From a virus (taxonomy: Duplodnaviria; Heunggongvirae; Uroviricota; Caudoviricetes), in IMG/VR virus record IMGVR_UViG_3300012983_000030: a stretch of 64,000 nucleotides of DNA; one strand, given 5' to 3'. The translations under genes were made by a program, and so were the position numbers. The number at the start of each line of letters is the position of its first letter. The stretch's first letter is position 1. The notes under the pieces are model-generated. The model was not told the DNA's origin. It worked only from the letters and a program-made list of their open reading frames with translations, and ran no database searches. Positions 9,467 through 20,100 of this stretch are shown here, piece by piece.

Positions 9467-10504
9467 ATGTCATATGCAATGGATATGTTAAGATGGTGGA
9501 TTAATAAAGATCCATTTACTGAACGTGAATTACAACTTTTAAAAAGAGATAGAAGTACAGATCTTAAAGTATATAACGATTCAGAAGAATATCGTAAAAT
9601 AGTTACAGATAACTTTATAAAGTATATTTCATATGGTAATATTTCCAGTGAAACACATAATGTTACGTTTGGTGATTCAGCTACAGAATTAATCCAACGT
9701 TTATTTAAGCATTATCATGCTGATAATGATAATACATTAGTAGTATACTCAAATAATGAGCATCATAGTGCAAAGAATTGTGTAGATAAATGTAAACATA
9801 CTTTAGAAGTATCATATGATGAAGAAATTCTTTTATGTAAAGTAGATAGAATTGTTAATGAAGCAAAGAAATTTAAAAGTACACTTATTTATATTATAGG
9901 TACTCAAATTTCAAATGGTTTAATTTCACCACAAGACTTTTTTATAAAACTGAGAAAAGAATTAGATAAAAATAACATAGACTATACATTAATTTTAGAT
10001 GATGTACATGGTATGTTATTTGTTCCAAGAGATTATTCTTTATTTGACTATGTTATCTATACTTGTCATGCTTGGGTATTAAATTATGACGCAGGCGTAT
10101 TGATAAGTAATAGAAAAAAGAAAAAATTTGGATATGAAATTGCTAACTGGGCTACTGATTATATGGAAAATATGAATATCTTATTTAAAAGATGGGATAA
10201 AATTCATACTTTCAAAGCAGTTATGATGAATTTCTTTGTAAAATATTTAGTTAATCCAAAAGTAAAACTACCATTATTTGGGTCTGATCAAATATTTGCA
10301 CCTTATTTAATTAATGATGAACATTTAATTGATGAAAAACTTGCAGATGTATTAGAAGATTATCACATTAGATGTGAAGGAGTAGATAGTCCACAAATTT
10401 ATTTTAGATTTAGAATTTCTGAAATTATAATGTATACAGAAGAAGATTTACAAAAACTTGAAAAAGGATTTAAGATTTTAGATAGTATTTTATTAGAAGA
10501 ATAA
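9467..10504 (+). CDS. hypothetical protein
   Basis: 345-aa ORF with Shine-Dalgarno AAAGGAG. Confidence 0.45.
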   Translation: MSYAMDMLRWWINKDPFTERELQLLKRDRSTDLKVYNDSEEYRKIVTDNFIKYISYGNISSETHNVTFGDSATELIQRLFKHYHADNDNTLVVYSNNEHHSAKNCVDKCKHTLEVSYDEEILLCKVDRIVNEAKKFKSTLIYIIGTQISNGLISPQDFFIKLRKELDKNNIDYTLILDDVHGMLFVPRDYSLFDYVIYTCHAWVLNYDAGVLISNRKKKKFGYEIANWATDYMENMNILFKRWDKIHTFKAVMMNFFVKYLVNPKVKLPLFGSDQIFAPYLINDEHLIDEKLADVLEDYHIRCEGVDSPQIYFRFRISEIIMYTEEDLQKLEKGFKILDSILLEE

Positions 10505-10530
10505 AGGCTCTTAAAAAGAGCCTTCTTTTT
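10503..10530. terminator. bidirectional terminator between convergent genes
   Basis: Hairpin GGCTCTTAAAAAGAGCC followed by a T-run. Confidence 0.55.
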
Positions 10531-11494
10531 AACTAATTACTATTCTACTTACTCTGTCTTCTCGTTCAACATGTATATTCATTCTAATCATTTCAATATA
10601 ATGCTGTGGTAAAGGAGCATCTGTTAAGCAACCCCAGACATTTACATTAAATGCTGTACCATAAATATAACCTTCACCTTTTAATTTATCTTTTGAAGTA
10701 GGATATCTATTTATATTAGGAATTCCAAATACTGTAAATATCTGATTTTCTGCACCATTTATTGTAGGTGAAGAATATTTATGCCAAATTTGAGCATCTG
10801 CACAACGTAAAATAAATTTATCTCTAATATATTGTGCTTCATCTCTAGTTTTACATAATACAACAGCAGTATAGGTACCTGTAATGGCTTTTGCTTTATA
10901 TACTGAAGGAACTTTTTTACCAGTAGGTCTTAAATCGTCTGCAGAAAAAAGTCTTGGATAAATTTTTAGATTTTTTTCTCTTTGCTTTATTACTTCACCA
11001 TTAATAGCTATTTCAAAAGATAGACCGGCTTCTCTATGAATTTTAAAAATTTGAGCTTCTGTTCCACGTAAATGGTCATCAGTTGCTATAATTACGGTAT
11101 CCCCTTCTTCCCATGTATCTTCGTTAATAGGAATATCAAAATACCATTGTTTATAACGATTTCCTGTACCCCAAAAAGCAGTTTCAATATCATTTTGTAA
11201 ATAAGCCAGTAATGGATAATTGACATCTACATTTTTTTCTTTATTTATATTTTTACGTAATAAATAAGTATCAAATATTTCTTCTGTTGTTAATTCATCT
11301 ACTTGAAAAACTCTAGACTCATCCCATAACCAATTTTCATCATCGGTTACAACATCATTTTGATCTCCACCTTTTTTACGTGGGTCTGCAATACGCATTT
11401 GATTCAATAATACACTTCCAATAGCTAAATCTATTTCATTTAAACTACTGTGAAATCTACTATTTGTTGGTATTTTTAAATCTATTGTTGGCAT
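10529..11494 (-). CDS. hypothetical protein (possibly structural)
   Basis: 321-aa ORF; no motif I can recognise. Confidence 0.4.
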   Translation of the reverse strand: MPTIDLKIPTNSRFHSSLNEIDLAIGSVLLNQMRIADPRKKGGDQNDVVTDDENWLWDESRVFQVDELTTEEIFDTYLLRKNINKEKNVDVNYPLLAYLQNDIETAFWGTGNRYKQWYFDIPINEDTWEEGDTVIIATDDHLRGTEAQIFKIHREAGLSFEIAINGEVIKQREKNLKIYPRLFSADDLRPTGKKVPSVYKAKAITGTYTAVVLCKTRDEAQYIRDKFILRCADAQIWHKYSSPTINGAENQIFTVFGIPNINRYPTSKDKLKGEGYIYGTAFNVNVWGCLTDAPLPQHYIEMIRMNIHVEREDRVSRIVIS

Positions 11495-11531
11495 AATTCA
11501 CTCACTCTTAATAAACATAAGTAATAGAACT

Positions 11532-12221
11532 TTACTTGTTATATTTATTGAGTATTTTATCTATTAAGGCCCATCGTTCTTCTTTTTTTACTTTTTTACA
11601 TAAATTTGTATCGTGTGATCTATAATAGTATAAAACTTTATGAATACTTGCTATTGGCATTTGCTTTAATATTTGTAAATGAAAATCAAAATCTTCACAC
11701 ATTTTTAAGGATTCATCAATAGCACAAGTTTTTAATAACGTTTGTCTAAACATCATTCCACCTGCATAACCGGTACCCGCTAATTTTTTATTGTTAACAA
11801 TGTCAGCAAAATCCCAAATTTCAGGTCTAGTAATATGTTGAGAAGTATTTCCAAATCTTTTTAATTCACAACATACTGCGCCAATCATTTCATTATTTTC
11901 TAAAAATTCTAATTCTTCTTTAATTAAATCTTTATGAAAAATATCATCACTACCTAATCTAACAATATACTTACCTTTAGCCAATGAAAATGCTTTGTTT
12001 ACAGATTTATTCATACCGAGATTTTTTTCATTTTTATATAATTTGATTTTATTTGATAACTTTGTAATATTATCATAATTTATATTTGGAGACGCATCAT
12101 TAATACAAATTATTTCAATATTTTGATATGATTGTCGTAATAAAGATTTTAAGCATTCATTTAAATAATTAAGTTTTATTTCATATAAAGTTAAAATTAT
12201 TGATACTAAAGGTTTTTGCAT
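11532..12221 (-). CDS. family 2 glycosyltransferase
   Basis: N-terminal GT-A signature: VSIILTLYE...CL.S...Q....EIICINDAS. Confidence 0.6.
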   Translation of the reverse strand: MQKPLVSIILTLYEIKLNYLNECLKSLLRQSYQNIEIICINDASPNINYDNITKLSNKIKLYKNEKNLGMNKSVNKAFSLAKGKYIVRLGSDDIFHKDLIKEELEFLENNEMIGAVCCELKRFGNTSQHITRPEIWDFADIVNNKKLAGTGYAGGMMFRQTLLKTCAIDESLKMCEDFDFHLQILKQMPIASIHKVLYYYRSHDTNLCKKVKKEERWALIDKILNKYNK

Positions 12222-12223
12222 AT

Positions 12224-12826
12224 TTATTCTTCTTCGATTAAATCGTAATTAGATAATGACCCAGGACGTCTCATATAATGATAATATATATTATTGTCAG
12301 GACATTCAAATATATTTTTAGTATGATTATAAATCCATCTTTTAAATGTACTATCTTCTCCTGCTTCTCTTTTTCCAGGAAATTTTAAATTATATTTATT
12401 AAGAAATTCTCTTTTTATAATAGAAGGAATTATACAACCGTATTCATTTTTACCGTGTTTATTATCTTTATCAATTACTCTAATTCCACGAATTAAATCA
12501 TATTGATTTGCATAACTATATAATTCTTCAAAGTATTTTATATCAACATAATCATCACTATCTATAAAGCCAATATATTCACCTTTAGCTCGTGACATTC
12601 CATAATTTCGTGCAATACCAGCACCTTCATTTCTTTTTGATAATATTTTTATTCTAATATCTTTTAATTGATAGTCTTGTAAAATTTTAAGTGAATTATC
12701 TGTTGAACCGTCATTAACACAAATAATTTCAATTTCTTTTAGTGTTTGATTTATTGCGGAATCTAAACATCTAGCTAAATATTTTTCACTATTGTAAACT
12801 GGAATTATAATAGAAACTTTTATCAA
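12224..12826 (-). CDS. family 2 glycosyltransferase
   Basis: Canonical GT2 N-terminus: SIIIPVYN...CLDS..NQT...EIICVNDGSTDNS, with a DSDD motif further on. Confidence 0.7.
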   Translation of the reverse strand: MIKVSIIIPVYNSEKYLARCLDSAINQTLKEIEIICVNDGSTDNSLKILQDYQLKDIRIKILSKRNEGAGIARNYGMSRAKGEYIGFIDSDDYVDIKYFEELYSYANQYDLIRGIRVIDKDNKHGKNEYGCIIPSIIKREFLNKYNLKFPGKREAGEDSTFKRWIYNHTKNIFECPDNNIYYHYMRRPGSLSNYDLIEEE

Positions 12827-13299
12827 TGTATAAATCCTTGTTTTTGTAAATAATCTATAAATTCAATTAAATGAGAACACATTCCAGGTAAATTGTATGG
12901 ATTATTTGGAGCGCGATCTGTTTTTCGATGATAATTTGGAAATCTTGCTCCTGTTCCAGCTCCCGCAGTACGATTTGCTTTATCAAAACGAAATCTATAA
13001 TTTGGACAGCTACATCTTACTAAAATTTCATGTTTAGATAGACTAGGTTTAGGTTGAAAGCCTTTAATTATTTCTTCTTCCGTTAAACCATCTGTTCTTT
13101 TTACACCTTTGAATGAAACAATACACGAATAACTACTTGGTTTACTAGAAGAGCTTACATCAGCATAAAAAGTAATAGTACTAACACCTTCATCATATCT
13201 TAAATCTAAATGATTTATTCTAGCAGATTGTGTTAAATTATTTATAGATTTAGGTGCTACGTTTTTAGTACCTTTATATAAAGCTCTATATACTGGCAT
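12823..13299 (-). CDS. SWIM zinc-finger-like protein
   Basis: CxC...CxH pattern (CSCPNY...CSH). It sits next to the VRR-NUC and helicase genes, as in known phage modules. Confidence 0.4.
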   Translation of the reverse strand: MPVYRALYKGTKNVAPKSINNLTQSARINHLDLRYDEGVSTITFYADVSSSSKPSSYSCIVSFKGVKRTDGLTEEEIIKGFQPKPSLSKHEILVRCSCPNYRFRFDKANRTAGAGTGARFPNYHRKTDRAPNNPYNLPGMCSHLIEFIDYLQKQGFIH

Positions 13300-13300
13300 T

Positions 13301-13753
13301 TTATTCTTCTTTTGGTGAATTTAAATTTAAGTTTTGTAAAATCCAATTAGTACATTCTTCTAGTGTTCTCCATTCTAAAACTTCATACCCCATAGAAGTA
13401 AGTAAATTACACATTGCTTCCTGATCTGTAGATTTTTTTCCTTTTTTCCATTTAAATTCTACAAATGTACATTTTCCACGGTTTAAAATAATTAAATCAG
13501 GTTGACCTGTTGCTGCACCCATTTTTTGCATATGTGTTTTATAAATAGCTTTGAATTTAATATCACGAATAAAAGACATTCCATTGAAAACATCTGTACA
13601 AAAACAAAGCATATTATGAGCACGTAATTTAGCAACGCATGCTTTTTGTAAATCGTGTTCAGAAGAAATTTCTTCAGTTTTTGTTGCTATTTTTGGTATA
13701 TTTCCAGATAAACTTCTTTTTCTTTTTATAGTCATATTACTTGTACCGTACAT
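13301..13753 (-). CDS. VRR-NUC domain nuclease
   Basis: GQPDLIIL...EFKWKKGK motif typical of VRR-NUC domains. Confidence 0.55.
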   Translation of the reverse strand: MYGTSNMTIKRKRSLSGNIPKIATKTEEISSEHDLQKACVAKLRAHNMLCFCTDVFNGMSFIRDIKFKAIYKTHMQKMGAATGQPDLIILNRGKCTFVEFKWKKGKKSTDQEAMCNLLTSMGYEVLEWRTLEECTNWILQNLNLNSPKEE

Positions 13754-13763
13754 TACAACCTCA

Positions 13764-14126
13764 TTAATTTAAAGATGCTTTAAAATCTAATACTGTACAA
13801 GCCAATACTGCAATTACTAATTTAGTCTGATCCCAGATTTGTACTGCATTAGATAATGTTAATTTATCAGCATTTTCTGCAGTAATTTGTAATTTTTCCA
13901 TATACTTCTGTAATTCAACACATAATGCTTCTAGTTCTGGTTTACCTACATAAATTTGTTTTTCTACTAAATATTTATGTAAAGTAAAACCTTCTTGTAA
14001 AATAGTATTTAATAACATTACAGAATCTTCTGTTGTAATTACTTTACCTTCTTCCGATACATATTTGTCTGAATAAGTATCAATGTCATTTAATATTTTT
14101 TCAGATAATTGACAGGCTTTTTCCAT
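13764..14126 (-). CDS. hypothetical protein
   Basis: 120-aa ORF. Confidence 0.4.
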   Translation of the reverse strand: MEKACQLSEKILNDIDTYSDKYVSEEGKVITTEDSVMLLNTILQEGFTLHKYLVEKQIYVGKPELEALCVELQKYMEKLQITAENADKLTLSNAVQIWDQTKLVIAVLACTVLDFKASLN

Positions 14127-14127
14127 G

Positions 14128-14406
14128 TTATTTCCCTTCTTTTGCTAAAGCGATTTTAATTGTTTCATTTAATTTTTTTGTTTTACCAAATTCCAATAAT
14201 GCCATTCCTATAAATAAGCATTGCTCTGCATCTAGTATAATTTCATTCATGTTTTTTATTTCAACTATAGACAGACATTTATCATTACCGTTAGGTTTTA
14301 CTTGAAGTACTACATCTTGTAATTTTAGATCTTTAAAATGAATAAATTGATTTTCAATATTTATATCTTTTTGATTTTTATTCTTTTTTCTAAAAAATCC
14401 AAACAT
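14128..14406 (-). CDS. hypothetical protein
   Basis: 92-aa ORF. Confidence 0.35.
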   Translation of the reverse strand: MFGFFRKKNKNQKDINIENQFIHFKDLKLQDVVLQVKPNGNDKCLSIVEIKNMNEIILDAEQCLFIGMALLEFGKTKKLNETIKIALAKEGK

Positions 14407-14491
14407 TTTAGCTCCTTTTGTTATATTTAATAATTAGAACAATCTTTATTAATATATTCTATAAACAATATGAAAATATAAAGGAAAAAAT

Positions 14492-16054
14492 ATGCCTATT
14501 TACAATACAAATACTTTTTGGAATTATATTGCTAATGAACCTTTGCTAGTAATGAAAAAATGTAAAGATTTATTGACACGTACTGATTATAATTTTGATA
14601 CAAAAATGGACGAAATATCTAAATACTATACTATTGTATCAAAAATTGAATTAGATGACGGAATACATGAAGTATTACGTTTTCCATCTGGATTATTAAA
14701 ATACATGCGTGAAAAAGCAGGTATTCCAGTAGAAGATAAAAATCGTAATTATGTTACGTATACAAAACAAGATATTTTGAAATATGCAGATATTGTAAAA
14801 GAAATTAATCCTCATTTTGAAATTAGAGAATATCAAATAAAAGCAGTTTTAGCTTCTCTTGATAAATTCGCAAGTTTAATTACAGCTGGAACAGGCTCAG
14901 GTAAAACTTCAATAATGTCTTTATTGTGTAAAGTTTTAGAAAAAGATAAAATATTGATATTAAATAATAATAATTTTATTTTACAACAAATATATGAAAG
15001 ATTGTTATCCTTTGGTATTGAAGATATCAGTTGGAATCCAAGCAAAGATCCAGATTATAGTAAGCGTATTGTTATTTTAAATACTTCTTCTTCAGACAGT
15101 CGCTTAAACAAACAAGATGTAAACTATTTAGAGTACTTAAAAAAAGTAAATGTAGTAATTTGGGATGAAGCTCATGGAGTACAAGCTCTTACTTATTTTG
15201 AGCCATTGTTTTATACAGATATTGAAAATTTGAAACATATAATAGGATACACTGCGACTCCTTTTAGAAAATATAAAGGACCTTATAGTGATCCTCAAGA
15301 TTTTAGATTGATTTCAATTTTAGGAGAACCTGTTTTTAGTTATGATTTAAAAAATAGTATTGAAGACGGTAATGTTGCACAACCTTATGCTTATTTTATA
15401 AATTTTCCGAATAAAGCCAGTAATTTACCAGCACAATTTAAAGATAATTATTATATGCAATATCGTTCAGGTATTACTTATAACAAAGCAAGAAATAAAG
15501 CAGGTTTAGAAATGCTTAAGTTTTTAAATAAAAATGGTATTAAAACAATGGCCTCTTTTAATAATATTAAACCTGGACAAAATCTATTAAAAGCATTAAA
15601 AGAAGAAGGTATAGATAGCTTATTTATTTGTGGTGGTGAAACAGTTTATGAATGGGTATATAATAAAAAAGGCAAATTAGTATTAGAAACTAGAAGTGGA
15701 AATGTAGATACAATAAAAGAAGCATTGAGAGATAAGTATAATATAATTATTAGCTCAAAAGTATTTGATGCCGGTGTAGATATTGATATCTTTCAGGCGG
15801 TTGTATTATTTTCTGCTGGAAAAACTCCAATCGCAGGTTTACAAAGAGTTGGTCGAGCTAGTCGTAAAAAGGTAAATGGAATTAATGTAGCACTAGCTAT
15901 CGATTTCAAAGATGTTAACGGTTTTCAAGTATTACATTCGCATTATCAACAAAGAAAACAATTAATGGTAGATTCTGGGGTAATCATTTTAGATAATGTG
16001 TATGCTTTTATGGATTTAGTTACTAAGATTAAAGAATCAAAAGAAGAAAGTTAA
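14492..16054 (+). CDS. SF2 DEAH-type helicase
   Basis: Walker A ITAGTGSGKT, DEAH-type motif WDEAHG, and a C-terminal helicase domain with the QRVGRASR motif. Confidence 0.7.
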   Translation: MPIYNTNTFWNYIANEPLLVMKKCKDLLTRTDYNFDTKMDEISKYYTIVSKIELDDGIHEVLRFPSGLLKYMREKAGIPVEDKNRNYVTYTKQDILKYADIVKEINPHFEIREYQIKAVLASLDKFASLITAGTGSGKTSIMSLLCKVLEKDKILILNNNNFILQQIYERLLSFGIEDISWNPSKDPDYSKRIVILNTSSSDSRLNKQDVNYLEYLKKVNVVIWDEAHGVQALTYFEPLFYTDIENLKHIIGYTATPFRKYKGPYSDPQDFRLISILGEPVFSYDLKNSIEDGNVAQPYAYFINFPNKASNLPAQFKDNYYMQYRSGITYNKARNKAGLEMLKFLNKNGIKTMASFNNIKPGQNLLKALKEEGIDSLFICGGETVYEWVYNKKGKLVLETRSGNVDTIKEALRDKYNIIISSKVFDAGVDIDIFQAVVLFSAGKTPIAGLQRVGRASRKKVNGINVALAIDFKDVNGFQVLHSHYQQRKQLMVDSGVIILDNVYAFMDLVTKIKESKEES

Positions 16055-16117
16055 CTATATGGAAAAATAACAAAAGTAGAATAGACACATCCGTTTATTC
16101 TAAATATCAAATAAAAA

Positions 16118-17566
16118 TTGCAATACAAAGAGGAAAAGATGCTAGAAAAAGAAATAGATGTTGAAGATCAATCATTTAATGACGAATTTGGATTAGAAGC
16201 TCAAAAAAGATTTATATCTTTGCTTATCTTTGATGAATCTTGGGCATTAATGAATGGATTTGATATTATTCGTCCTGAATATTTTGAAAATCGTGTATTA
16301 AATCGTATATGCAAATGGATACATTCATATTATGAAAAAAATAAAGCCATTCCAACAAAACTTGTTTTAATGCAAGAAGCTCAAGATTTCTTAAACGAAG
16401 CTAATGTTTCTTCTTCTACAAAAGAATATTTTATATATAAAGACGCGATAGATACAATATATTGCACAGAAGGTGGTATTGCAGAATTAGAGTTTTTTAA
16501 AGAAAAAGCAGTAGCGTTTGTAAGACAAATGCGTTGGAAAAAAGCACTTGAAAATGCAGGTAAAGCTTTGAAAATAAGCAATTTTGAAGATGCTATTGCC
16601 AAATTCAAAGAAGTTTTAGCGGTTGGAATTGAAAATGATTTAGGTTTAGATTTTGATACCATGGATGAAGATGTGTTTCTTCATGATTTGGGTGAAAATT
16701 ATGATACTCAAAATATGATTAAAACTGGAATACCTGATTGGGACAAAGCATTAGGTGGAGGTTTTGTTAGAGATAACTTACATATTGTTGGTGCTCCTCC
16801 AGGGGGCGGTAAAAGTAGGACAATGGCATTTTTGGCTACACAAGCTATTAAAGACCTAAAAAAAGTTATTTTTATTTCTTTGGAATTAAGTAAATTAGAA
16901 ACAATGGCTAATATCAAAGCATGCGCAACTGGTATTTCAACAAATGATTTACTTAAAATTGAAAATAGAGAAATATATAAAACTAAAGTAGCTACTTTTA
17001 AAAATACATTTGGTCCTAATTTAATGGTACAATTTTATAAGCCCGCTACTGTAACAGCAGATACTATTTATAATTATATTCAAAAAGTAATACAGTATAA
17101 AAAAGAAAAATTAGGTATTGATTGGAAACCAGATGTAATCTTTTTAGATTATCTTGATAAATTACTTCCTACTCAAAAATTAAAAGGAAGTTTATATGAA
17201 GATATTGGTGGTGTTGCGGACGATTGTAAAAATTTAGCTATTACTTTTCATTGTCCTGTTGTAACCGGTTCACAACTTGGTAAATTTACTTGGAATGTAA
17301 AAGGAAATGAAGTTGTAAACTTAGATAGCTTGGCTGAAAGTAGTAGAAAAGCTCATTTAGCACATAGTATTACAACAATTAACGTAAATCCAGGTGAAAA
17401 AGCACAAGGTAAAGCTAGATTATTTATGGCTAAATCAAGATCTGGTTCTCCAGGCAAAACTATATTCATTGAGCAAAATTTAGGTAAGTGTTTATTAACA
17501 CAAGTACCTGAATGGGACCCAGTTACTTTACAAGGTACAGATACTTATACTGTAAAAGGTGCATAA
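16118..17566 (+). CDS. DnaB-like replicative helicase
   Basis: Walker A HIVGAPPGGGKSRTMAFL and Walker B VIFLDYLD. The true start may be the ATG at 16139, which has an AAGAGGA site upstream. Confidence 0.65.
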   Translation: MQYKEEKMLEKEIDVEDQSFNDEFGLEAQKRFISLLIFDESWALMNGFDIIRPEYFENRVLNRICKWIHSYYEKNKAIPTKLVLMQEAQDFLNEANVSSSTKEYFIYKDAIDTIYCTEGGIAELEFFKEKAVAFVRQMRWKKALENAGKALKISNFEDAIAKFKEVLAVGIENDLGLDFDTMDEDVFLHDLGENYDTQNMIKTGIPDWDKALGGGFVRDNLHIVGAPPGGGKSRTMAFLATQAIKDLKKVIFISLELSKLETMANIKACATGISTNDLLKIENREIYKTKVATFKNTFGPNLMVQFYKPATVTADTIYNYIQKVIQYKKEKLGIDWKPDVIFLDYLDKLLPTQKLKGSLYEDIGGVADDCKNLAITFHCPVVTGSQLGKFTWNVKGNEVVNLDSLAESSRKAHLAHSITTINVNPGEKAQGKARLFMAKSRSGSPGKTIFIEQNLGKCLLTQVPEWDPVTLQGTDTYTVKGA

Positions 17567-17567
17567 A

Positions 17568-17596
17568 AAAGCGGGATTATTCCCGCTTCCTTTTTA
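17568..17596 (+). terminator. rho-independent terminator
   Basis: Hairpin AGCGGGATTATTCCCGCT followed by a T-run. Confidence 0.6.
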
Positions 17597-17753
17597 CTTT
17601 AACTGTTCAGAGGCTTGGATACTAGAACTTTTCCACTTATTTCATTAGGTCTGAGTTCAGAGGCGTAAAATTACCTTGATAAATAGAACTTTTTGTTTTA
17701 CTCATTTAAAAAATCTTATATATTTGTATTATAATTAACAAAAGGATTAAAAA

Positions 17754-18221
17754 ATGTATCGTTTACTTTATTATAATAATAGAGATAATCGAAATGATTT
17801 TGCAATAATATATCATATATTGCTTAATTGTACGAAAAATAATGAAGAAATGCAATTTGATGATTTTTATTGGATTATCAATAAAGCAAATTATTGGCAT
17901 TCATGTAAGTATTATAAGTCAGTATTATCTTATGATTTTTTAGTATGGATAGATGAAATTCCATTGTGTTTAGATAATTTTGAACAAAATTGGTCAGCTA
18001 AATATAAAATTGGTAGAAACGGCAAAATAATTAAAAATAAAGCTAGACAAATAATAATAGGACATGAAAATTGGAAATATACAGATTATTTATCTAAGGC
18101 CACTCTTACTGAATTAAATTCAGCAATAAGAGCATGGAAAATATATGGAAAATATTTTGTTAGAATAAACAGTATTATATATTCTATAAAGCAAAAAATA
18201 AGGAGTAAAGATAAATGTTAA
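17754..18221 (+). CDS. hypothetical protein
   Basis: 155-aa ORF. Confidence 0.4.
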   Translation: MYRLLYYNNRDNRNDFAIIYHILLNCTKNNEEMQFDDFYWIINKANYWHSCKYYKSVLSYDFLVWIDEIPLCLDNFEQNWSAKYKIGRNGKIIKNKARQIIIGHENWKYTDYLSKATLTELNSAIRAWKIYGKYFVRINSIIYSIKQKIRSKDKC

Positions 18222-18550
18222 TGCTTAAAGATTTTTTTAACAAGTTATTTGGATATGATAAAATAATTGAAGAAAACAATGCTTTTAATGTAAAAGAATC
18301 AATCGTTTTAGATCATATTACAACAGCTTTGTTTAGTAAAAATACTTCTATGGATGTTATAAAAAATCTTTGTGAATTAATTGTTCAACTAAATACACCA
18401 GTTGTAGATATTTGGTTAGAAGATTGGCGATTGGGAAAAGAATTAGAAAAAAATTATGAAAAACGTTTAAATGTAGTTTGTCCAATATTAGTAAAAGAAT
18501 TAAAAAAATTAGAACGTTTGAAAGAAAAAGAAGATGCTGAATTGGATTAA
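18215..18550 (+). CDS. hypothetical protein
   Basis: 111-aa ORF; its start overlaps the stop of the upstream gene. Confidence 0.4.
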   Translation: MLMLKDFFNKLFGYDKIIEENNAFNVKESIVLDHITTALFSKNTSMDVIKNLCELIVQLNTPVVDIWLEDWRLGKELEKNYEKRLNVVCPILVKELKKLERLKEKEDAELD

Positions 18551-18782
18551 AAAAATCATAAGAAGACTTAAAAAAGATAATTATACTGAAAATCTTTGGT
18601 ATGATTTATATTATTATACATTAAAACCTCAAATTATTTCATTATTAGAATTACGTGAAAATACTTGGGATAAACAAAGAGTAGACAGAATAATTAATAC
18701 TCTATGTTATATAAATTTGGATGAATTTTCAAAAGATTATGACTTAAAAGAGCATATTCGAGAAATTAGAGAAAAGGATTAA
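18534..18782 (+). CDS. hypothetical protein
   Basis: 82-aa ORF. Confidence 0.35.
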   Translation: MLNWIKKIIRRLKKDNYTENLWYDLYYYTLKPQIISLLELRENTWDKQRVDRIINTLCYINLDEFSKDYDLKEHIREIREKD

Positions 18783-18785
18783 TAA

Positions 18786-19946
18786 ATGACACAAGTTGTA
18801 AACGAAGAACAATTAGATTATTGTGATGTATTAATTAAACCAAAACGCTCTACATTAAATTCAAGAAAAGAGCCGAATGTATATAGAAATTATACATTTA
18901 AATGGTCTAATAGAACAGTAGAAGGAAATGGATTAACTGTAGCTAATATGGCAACTACTGGTACATTTGAAATGGCAAAAATTTTTCAATATAATAAAAT
19001 GTTCTGTTGTTTACAAAAGCATTATTCTTTTGATAGGCTTTATGAATTTTTTACTGAAAATAATCTTTCTGCCAAAACTTTTGATGGACACATTTGTGGA
19101 AATGATTATATCTTTTTATCAACTGGCGTAAATACTGAAGACATAAGTAAGACAAAACGTGTTTTAGATACGGGTCTTTGTAAAAATTTATGTATTGATA
19201 TTGCTAATGGTTATATTCCAAAACTTTTAGAAACAGTAAGTTTATTTAGAAAGGAATATCCAGATATTGTTATAATGGTTGGCAATGTTGTAACCGGAGA
19301 TATGGTCCAAGATTTAATATTAGCCGGAGCAGACTTGATTAAGTGCGGGATTGGACCGGGCGCTAACTGTGTTACTAGAAAGCAAACCGGTGTTGGACGT
19401 CCACAATTATCTACAGTACTAGATTGTGCAGAAGCAGCTCATGCTGTAGGAGGATATATCTGCGCTGATGGTGGAATTACTTGTTATGGTGATATAGCAA
19501 AAGCTTATGGAGCAGGTGCTGATTTTGTAATGGTTGGATCGTTAGTCGCAGGTGCAGATGAAGCAGAAGGTGATATAATTGAAAAATGTTATCGTACTAA
19601 TGAATATACATTTTCATATGAGCCTATAGATGAAGCAAATACAACAGACTGTTTTCCAGAAAAACCAATGTTTAGTATAAAACAATTTAAACTTGCATAT
19701 GGAATGTCATCTAAATATGCACAAGATAAACATTGGAATGGTATGGCTAATTACAGAACATCCGAAGGTATTGTTACATTAAAAGAATATACTGGTCCTG
19801 TACAAAATATTATTGATGATTATTTAGGCTCATTAAGAAGTACCATGACTTATATAAATTGTACAAAATTAAAGGATTTTCCAAAAGTAACTACTTTTTA
19901 TAAAGTTAGCAGAATTTTAAATAATGATGGAAAGGGTATTTTATGA
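18786..19946 (+). CDS. guaC: GMP reductase / IMP dehydrogenase-family oxidoreductase (GuaC-like)
   Basis: Catalytic-loop signature GIGPGANCVTRKQTGVGRPQ. The flanking TIM-barrel motifs (IDIANGY, ADLIKCG) match GMP reductase. Confidence 0.65.
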   Translation: MTQVVNEEQLDYCDVLIKPKRSTLNSRKEPNVYRNYTFKWSNRTVEGNGLTVANMATTGTFEMAKIFQYNKMFCCLQKHYSFDRLYEFFTENNLSAKTFDGHICGNDYIFLSTGVNTEDISKTKRVLDTGLCKNLCIDIANGYIPKLLETVSLFRKEYPDIVIMVGNVVTGDMVQDLILAGADLIKCGIGPGANCVTRKQTGVGRPQLSTVLDCAEAAHAVGGYICADGGITCYGDIAKAYGAGADFVMVGSLVAGADEAEGDIIEKCYRTNEYTFSYEPIDEANTTDCFPEKPMFSIKQFKLAYGMSSKYAQDKHWNGMANYRTSEGIVTLKEYTGPVQNIIDDYLGSLRSTMTYINCTKLKDFPKVTTFYKVSRILNNDGKGIL

Positions 19947-20100
19947 AAAAAATCTTTGTGTATTGTTTAAATTCTGTTTTACGTGCAATAATTATCTGTG
20001 TATGTATAATAAGTATAACAAAGTGTGTGGCAGAAACTGAACCTAAAACTGTAACACATGTTTATAAAGGAGTATGCCATGATTCAGGAGCTATAAAATG
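19944..20100 (+). CDS. small putative secreted or membrane protein
   Basis: 52-aa ORF with a hydrophobic N-terminus. ATGA overlaps at both ends link it to the neighbouring genes. Confidence 0.25.

Noticed and set aside
14833-15045. Minus-strand 70-aa ORF
   Set aside because: Inside the helicase gene on the opposite strand.
16381-16917. Two minus-strand ORFs (93 and 69 aa)
   Set aside because: Antisense to the DnaB-like helicase gene.
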